Assembly: GCA_963665235.2 (NCBI GenBank)
Contig: CAXXLX010000001.1
Span: forward strand, 4,288,001-4,352,000
Source of the DNA: Candidatus Poribacteria bacterium
Lineage (GTDB): Bacteria; Poribacteria; WGA-4E; WGA-3G
Reading direction: 5' to 3'
DNA length: 64,000 nt
In this document: piece after piece, positions 58,289 to 64,000 of the stretch
Layout of the letters: each line of letters starts with the position of its first letter
Position numbering within the stretch: position 1 is the first letter of the stretch
Notes under the pieces: model-generated
What the model was told of the DNA's origin: nothing
What the model saw: only the letters and a program-made list of their open reading frames with translations
Database searches by the model: none
Translations under genes and position numbers: made by a program

Positions 58289-59200
58289 ATGAAAAGATGT
58301 GCTATCTATATCCTTAGCTTATTCGTTTGTTGTGGGGTCGGCCTCCTATTTTCCGGAACCACGACATTCGCGACGAAGTATGACCCAACGATAGATTCCT
58401 ATCTAGAAAGAATTTTTGAAAACTATATTAAGAACCAGCGGAGGCGCGGCCAGCTGGCATCAACGGAACAAACCAGTTTCGTTGTTTATGATATCTCCAA
58501 CGAGAAAAAATTGGTATCTATCAACGAGGAACGTCGAATGATGGCTGCATCGCTGGCGAAAAACTTCATTATGCTTGCATATTTTCACGAAGTCAAGTAT
58601 CGCCGTTTAAGCCATACCCAAACAAATCGCTACCATCTGCGGGAAATGATTCAGAAGAGCTCAAATACTTCTACCAATCATTTTATCAGACTCATCGGTG
58701 GCCCCTATAGAGTCAATAAGATTTTAAAAGCGAATTACCCCTATTTCGAGCAGACCGAGATTGTGGAATACATTCCTGCAAGCGGGAGAACTTACAGAAA
58801 TTTGACCTCAGCGCGAGATTTGAATAAGTTTTACGTCCAGCTATGGCGCAACAACCTGCCGCACTCCGACAAAATGCGGTATTACTTCGAGCTGCCGAAC
58901 GGCGATTACATCTACAAAAAAACTTACATTCCGCGAACAACGAAGGTGTATAACAAAACGGGCACTGTCTATGGATTGATAGGAGATAGCGGTATTTTAG
59001 TGATTCGCGATTCGCACGGACGGGCGCGCCCCTATGTTTTTACAGGGTTAATTCAGGATAAAACCAAAACCCGCACCCGAAACCGGTCGCTTCCGTTTGG
59101 CACTTGGGTCAGCCGGCGCGCGAATATTCTACGGCGGGTATCGGAAAGGGCGTACACTTATGTTAAAAACTACCATGACAGCCGGTATTCTATGCGCTAA
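58289..59200 (+). CDS. Serine hydrolase, class A beta-lactamase-like fold
   Basis: AASLAK (SxxK), SSN (SxN), NKTGT; N-terminal signal. Confidence 0.8.
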   Translation: MKRCAIYILSLFVCCGVGLLFSGTTTFATKYDPTIDSYLERIFENYIKNQRRRGQLASTEQTSFVVYDISNEKKLVSINEERRMMAASLAKNFIMLAYFHEVKYRRLSHTQTNRYHLREMIQKSSNTSTNHFIRLIGGPYRVNKILKANYPYFEQTEIVEYIPASGRTYRNLTSARDLNKFYVQLWRNNLPHSDKMRYYFELPNGDYIYKKTYIPRTTKVYNKTGTVYGLIGDSGILVIRDSHGRARPYVFTGLIQDKTKTRTRNRSLPFGTWVSRRANILRRVSERAYTYVKNYHDSRYSMR

Positions 59201-59232
59201 ACGCTCTGTCCAACGTAAAGCAAGGCAATTTT

Positions 59233-59871
59233 ATGGCATCTATCGTTAATATCGGCAGACGCATTGAACTTGTGCCGATTGACCCCCATTTCCATGACAT
59301 CACTATCGCGCTCTACCGCCAGCAACACGATGCACGTACTGTCTTCCGCGTGCATACCTATAGCAGTGTAACAGATGCGGATACCCGAATTCAAGGGGTG
59401 CGCCAAGCGATGCAAACCTTAGGCGGCATGTTAGAAACGCCGGAGGGGCTGCTCTATTTTCCTTGTGGCGATGGGCATGAAGCGGCGTGTCGGCGCGTCT
59501 TTTTGGAGGCGTGCAAACTTGAACCGAACGCGCCTATAGAAGTTCGTCCCTTGAACACGGTCGATAAAAAATCTAAGCTAAACATCACGGTGGATTCTGT
59601 AGGGGATGGCATCTATCGGGTGACGGCTGATGGTGAAGGCAGAAGTGCTGAGCGGCGGGTCTCTGCCATTGCTGGAGGTCTGATAAAATTAGGCGAAATG
59701 GAAGCCGTTGAAGAGAACGGCACTGACACCGTTGCCTTTTCATGTAATAGCTCCCACGATGCCCTGGTCGGGCTGCTGTTAGTTCGTGCACCGAACGTCC
59801 GCGTCGTCCTGCGAGAGGCAGAGATGGAGGCTTCTCGCGGAGTCCTCTCCGCACCCAGCCAGCAGACATAA
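59233..59871 (+). CDS. Hypothetical protein
   Basis: 212 aa ORF packed between co-oriented genes. Confidence 0.65.
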   Translation: MASIVNIGRRIELVPIDPHFHDITIALYRQQHDARTVFRVHTYSSVTDADTRIQGVRQAMQTLGGMLETPEGLLYFPCGDGHEAACRRVFLEACKLEPNAPIEVRPLNTVDKKSKLNITVDSVGDGIYRVTADGEGRSAERRVSAIAGGLIKLGEMEAVEENGTDTVAFSCNSSHDALVGLLLVRAPNVRVVLREAEMEASRGVLSAPSQQT

Positions 59872-59927
59872 GCATACCAACCCTTCCTCCTCACAAACGT
59901 TTCCACGCCCAATTTGCGGAAGTCCTG

Positions 59928-61421
59928 ATGCTTACAACACTTATTCGCAGGGAACTGCTCAACAATCTAATGACCTTCCGTTTCGCAGCGGTATTGCTTA
60001 TCACACTACTACTCGTTGTTGCGAATACCGCCGTGCTTATCCAAGATTACGAACAACGTCTGGAGAGTTATAATGATGCGGTCAAAATGCATCAGCAGGA
60101 TTTACGCAATTCCAAAACCTACTCTACTTCGTATCTGTTCATTGACCGGGCACCGAATCCGTTGAGCATCTTCAATGTCGGGTTAGATAAACGTTTGGGC
60201 AACCTCGTCGGTATTTATCACGGATTTATGCCGACACTATGGGATGCCCAAATGCACGGGACTGACAATCCATTTATCGCCTTCTTTTCTTCAATTGATA
60301 TTGTCTTCGTCTTTGAAGTCATCCTCAGCCTGATGGGGTTGATATTCGCTTACGATGCGATTGCGGGGGAACGTGAGCACGGCACGTTACGTCTTGTTCT
60401 CACACAACCTATCGGACGCGGACAGATTTTACTTGCAAAATATATCAGTGCCATGACGTGTCTGTTGCTTCCCCTGATATCGAGTCTGCTCTTTTCCCTA
60501 CTGTTGCTAACGCGTTCGATTCCGCTGTCAGCTGCGGATTTTCTCCGTATCGGTGGTATTGTTCTTACCTCATTCGCGTATCTATCGCTATTCTACCTCA
60601 TTGGATTGCTGCTTTCCGTAGCGACGCGTAGAACCGGCACGGCGTTAATGCTGGCGATGTTTGTATGGGGGTTTCTGATACTCGTGTATCCGAACTTGAT
60701 TCGGGCAACGGTTAACCCAGGAGGCAACATTCAGGCGCGTGTGAAGACTACCCATAACCAGATTCAACAAATTTTAGATGAATATGAAAGAGAACGTCAA
60801 AAGTTTCTTGAAAACGAGGGTATCGCTGGAGAAATATCGGAATTCAGCAAGGCGTTAGGGTTCTATCACCAAGCGGATGTAGACCCTGCAACCCTGACAT
60901 CTTATATTGAGAATATGAGTGTTATTTCAGAAATCCAGCCGAACTTTGAGAAGTACGTCCCCGTCGCTAAGCGGTATTACAATTTCGTTGAACCGTTGGT
61001 CACCCAAACAGTGGAAAAGGCTTGGCGTATCCGCAAGCAGGCACTTGATGAAATTTACGTTCAACAAGCCACAACTGATAGGATGTTGTTGAAATTCTCA
61101 CCTGTAGGCATCTATGACGCTGCGACACAAGCGTGGGCAGGAACAGATTTCTCGGGACTCAGAGATTTTTTCGATGCAGCACGACGTTACCGAAGAGTCA
61201 AAATTGACTATCTCTATGCAAAAGACGCATTTGCATCACGGGAGTGGTTTGTTGCTGATAAAGGCGCAGTCGATTGGAGCACGCTCCCAACCTTTTCTTT
61301 TCAGAGAAGTGATGTCCGAACCAATGCAAAGCGGGCTTTACCAGACCTGTTTCTACTACTGATATGGAACCTCGTTTTGTTCATGGGGACCGTTCTTATT
61401 TTCATCAAAAGCGAAGTGTAG
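59928..61421 (+). CDS. ABC-2 type transporter permease
   Basis: YDAIAGEREHGTLRLVL.QP..R..ILLAK. Confidence 0.85.
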   Translation: MLTTLIRRELLNNLMTFRFAAVLLITLLLVVANTAVLIQDYEQRLESYNDAVKMHQQDLRNSKTYSTSYLFIDRAPNPLSIFNVGLDKRLGNLVGIYHGFMPTLWDAQMHGTDNPFIAFFSSIDIVFVFEVILSLMGLIFAYDAIAGEREHGTLRLVLTQPIGRGQILLAKYISAMTCLLLPLISSLLFSLLLLTRSIPLSAADFLRIGGIVLTSFAYLSLFYLIGLLLSVATRRTGTALMLAMFVWGFLILVYPNLIRATVNPGGNIQARVKTTHNQIQQILDEYERERQKFLENEGIAGEISEFSKALGFYHQADVDPATLTSYIENMSVISEIQPNFEKYVPVAKRYYNFVEPLVTQTVEKAWRIRKQALDEIYVQQATTDRMLLKFSPVGIYDAATQAWAGTDFSGLRDFFDAARRYRRVKIDYLYAKDAFASREWFVADKGAVDWSTLPTFSFQRSDVRTNAKRALPDLFLLLIWNLVLFMGTVLIFIKSEV

Positions 61422-61422
61422 G

Positions 61423-62832
61423 ATGGGTATGATTTGGCATATTGCAAAACGTGAACTCTACGACAATCTGAATAGCCTCCGTTTCGCACTGGCAACAGTG
61501 CTGTTGTTGGCATTGATGCTGACCAACGCGCTCCTGTATCTGCGCGAACACCCGCCGCGGACACAAGCATATCATAACGCCGCTGCCGGTGCCATAAAGA
61601 GCTTAGAAGCACGTAGCACCAACTTATATCGCCTTGCAACTGAAGGCCCCGGGGACCTCCACAAGGCACCCTCACCTCTCCGTTTCTGTGCGGAAGGCGA
61701 TGAGGCGTTCCTACCGACGCACGCCAGCGGAGCAAACTTTGCACGCACAATCGCCAACATGACACCTATCTGGCGGATGGGGTACCCACAAGAGACACCA
61801 AATCTCCGTAATATCCGTCCTGATTTCGCCACATTGGATTGGGCGTTCATTGTCGGTTATGTGCTGAGTTTCGTGGCAATTCTCTTTACCTTCGATTCGG
61901 TCTCTGGCGAACTACAACGCGGTACATTGCGCTTAACACTAGCAAATCCTATTCCACGGCACACAGTACTAATTGGAAAGTTCTTCGGCGCGTTCATTAG
62001 CATTAACATTCCGTTTGCCATTGCGATATTGATGAACCTACTCCTGATTGCCATTTCAGATGCGGTGCAGCTCAACGCTGAGTCTTGGGGACGTTTAGGC
62101 ATCCTATATGTTGTCGCTATTCTCTATATGTGCATCTTTATGGCGTTAGGACTTCTCATTTCCGCTGTAGTACGAGAGAGCGGGGTGAGTCTCGTTGTGC
62201 TACTGTTAATCTGGGTCAGTTTTGTGGTGTTTATGCCGAATACGTTGGCATCTATCGGCAGTCGAACGTCAGTCCCGATAGCTTACGAGAAGTTTTGGAC
62301 CCAGCGCATTCGGATTGCAGACGAGGCGCGCGAGGCATACCAAGATAAATATGGCGACTCACAGGTTACGCCATCAGTGCATGTCCTCGGGGAGTATGTC
62401 GCCTCAGAGGCAGAAGAATATGAACGTTTCAACGAGGCATATTTGAAGCAGCAGCTTGCACAAGGGAAACGGGCGCGTGCGATAACGCGAATCTCACCAG
62501 CAGCCATTCTCCAACACCTCTTTGAATCTTTCGCTGGAACAGGCTTTGAACGGCATCTGCAATTTATTGAGAACGCGCAGCGTTACGCCCGGGAATACCG
62601 CGAATTCGTCGTTGATACCGATAGAGCCGATGCAGAGAGTCTTCATATTATTGGGATTCCTGAAGGGATGTCCCAGAAACCGGTCAGTCCAGAAGCAATT
62701 CCTAAATTTAAGGATACGCTCAGTCTCACCCGTGATTTCAACGCCGCGGCGTTAGATTTTCTGCTGTTGACACTGTTTCTGGTCGTGCTGTTTTCAGGAG
62801 CATATCTCGTCTTTGTCCGCCTTGAGGTTTGA
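61423..62832 (+). CDS. ABC-2 type transporter permease (paralogue)
   Basis: FDSVSGELQRGTLRLTLANP.PR..VLIGK. Confidence 0.85.
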   Translation: MGMIWHIAKRELYDNLNSLRFALATVLLLALMLTNALLYLREHPPRTQAYHNAAAGAIKSLEARSTNLYRLATEGPGDLHKAPSPLRFCAEGDEAFLPTHASGANFARTIANMTPIWRMGYPQETPNLRNIRPDFATLDWAFIVGYVLSFVAILFTFDSVSGELQRGTLRLTLANPIPRHTVLIGKFFGAFISINIPFAIAILMNLLLIAISDAVQLNAESWGRLGILYVVAILYMCIFMALGLLISAVVRESGVSLVVLLLIWVSFVVFMPNTLASIGSRTSVPIAYEKFWTQRIRIADEAREAYQDKYGDSQVTPSVHVLGEYVASEAEEYERFNEAYLKQQLAQGKRARAITRISPAAILQHLFESFAGTGFERHLQFIENAQRYAREYREFVVDTDRADAESLHIIGIPEGMSQKPVSPEAIPKFKDTLSLTRDFNAAALDFLLLTLFLVVLFSGAYLVFVRLEV

Positions 62833-62910
62833 TGGAACATTAAATCATTGACACCCTTTTTCACCTATGCTATGTTTTAAAGCAGACTACGAACGTTCTC
62901 GGAGGCTATT

Positions 62911-63942
62911 ATGAAAGCGGCACAGTTTTACGGTGGAAAAGACATTAGAGTTGAAACAGTACCAGATCCAACCCCTGAAGCAGGACAGGTCCTCGTAGAA
63001 GTGGAAGCGGCTGGCATCTGCGGAAGCGACCTGCACGGGTATCACCATCAGCCGGCCCAACCTTTGTCCCCTCGGATTGGCGGGCACGAATTGGCAGGCA
63101 AAATTATTGATATAGGTAAAGACGTTGCAGGCTATCAAACAGGAGCCCGCGTGGCAATCGAACCGATTAGTCCATGCAACAACTGTCCGGAATGCTACAA
63201 CGGCTACTATAATATCTGCGCGAATTTACGGCACGGCGGTGGCGGATTCGCAGAATTTATGGCAGCTCGCACATCAAACGTCTATGCATTACCCGATAGC
63301 GTCACCGTTGAGGGAGGTGCACTGGCGGAGGTCTACGCCGTAGCGGTTCACGCTGTCAACAGAGCCATGGTATCCCCCGGAGACCGTGTCGCTATCATCG
63401 GCAGCGGGCCTGTCGGTTTAACAATTGCACAGGTGGCAGATATTGCCGGGGCCACATCTATTGCCATGTTAGGAAAACCGGATGCACCGCTACACATCGC
63501 CCAGGAAGCGGTCGGTGCCGTACCTATTCATGTGGATAAGACAGATGGGACAGCGGCAGTCATGGAATGGAGTGCCGGACGCGGCGCGGATGTCGTCTTT
63601 GAAGCGGTCGGTGGTACAGCAAATACATTGGAGCAAGCGACCGCCATAGCCGCAAAACGGGGACGCGTCTGTATGGTAGGCGGGCACCGCACACCGCTCA
63701 CCTTTTCCGAAAGGTACGCCCGAAGCCGAGAACTTACCATCATCTGGTCGTTCTGTTACGGACGACGCGGCGGAAAAACGGAATTCCAAATCGCCATTGA
63801 CCTGCTCGCCGCCGGTAAACTTAATCCGAACCCACTGGTTACGCACCGGTTCAATTTAAACGACATTACACAAGCATTCGCCGTCGCTGCAGGCCGCGAC
63901 GAACACGGCTCTGTCAAAGTGCTTGTAATGCCCAACAGCTAA
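62911..63942 (+). CDS. Zn-dependent alcohol dehydrogenase family protein
   Basis: GICGSD, GHE, C..C..C.......C, GSGPVG. Confidence 0.9.
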   Translation: MKAAQFYGGKDIRVETVPDPTPEAGQVLVEVEAAGICGSDLHGYHHQPAQPLSPRIGGHELAGKIIDIGKDVAGYQTGARVAIEPISPCNNCPECYNGYYNICANLRHGGGGFAEFMAARTSNVYALPDSVTVEGGALAEVYAVAVHAVNRAMVSPGDRVAIIGSGPVGLTIAQVADIAGATSIAMLGKPDAPLHIAQEAVGAVPIHVDKTDGTAAVMEWSAGRGADVVFEAVGGTANTLEQATAIAAKRGRVCMVGGHRTPLTFSERYARSRELTIIWSFCYGRRGGKTEFQIAIDLLAAGKLNPNPLVTHRFNLNDITQAFAVAAGRDEHGSVKVLVMPNS

Positions 63943-63953
63943 CGGAGAAAAAA

Positions 63954-64000
63954 ATGGACGCACTTCAATTACTTATATTTGTCGGAACGGAAGGAATTTA
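63954..64000 (+). CDS. 3'-partial CDS of unknown function
   Basis: RBS ggag plus ATG; open to the window edge (MDALQLLIFVGTEGI). Confidence 0.4.
   Translation, partial: MDALQLLIFVGTEGI

Overview
A 64 kb bacterial chromosomal window. Candidatus Poribacteria is my inference, from a recurrent C-terminal 'KL..W..(L/I)K' tail, PhyH and Gfo/Idh/MocA genes and dense intergenic repeats. Housekeeping content includes hisA, ilvBNC under a Val T-box, sodA, an addB-like gene, metG and a DtxR-regulated troABCD metal transporter split by a metacaspase module. The stand-out region is 21.5-27.3 kb. An array of four tandem pairs of Y-RNA-like genes (a tRNA-mimicking YrlA-type RNA plus a short Ro-binding-stem RNA) lies directly upstream of a Ro60/Rsr (TROVE) gene. 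The array is interleaved with cargo genes and invaded by protein-less elements: two copies of a covarying ~440 bp structured RNA element following TTGAT, one of which splits the fourth YrlA and itself carries a nested non-autonomous IS605 element with its own promoter and omega-RNA-like 3' end. Also present are a degenerate EF-Tu paralogue, an IceA1/NlaIII-like restriction-modification pair, several GTAG-REP hairpin families and MITEs that carry them. All calls come from reading the sequence; no searches or folding computations were run.
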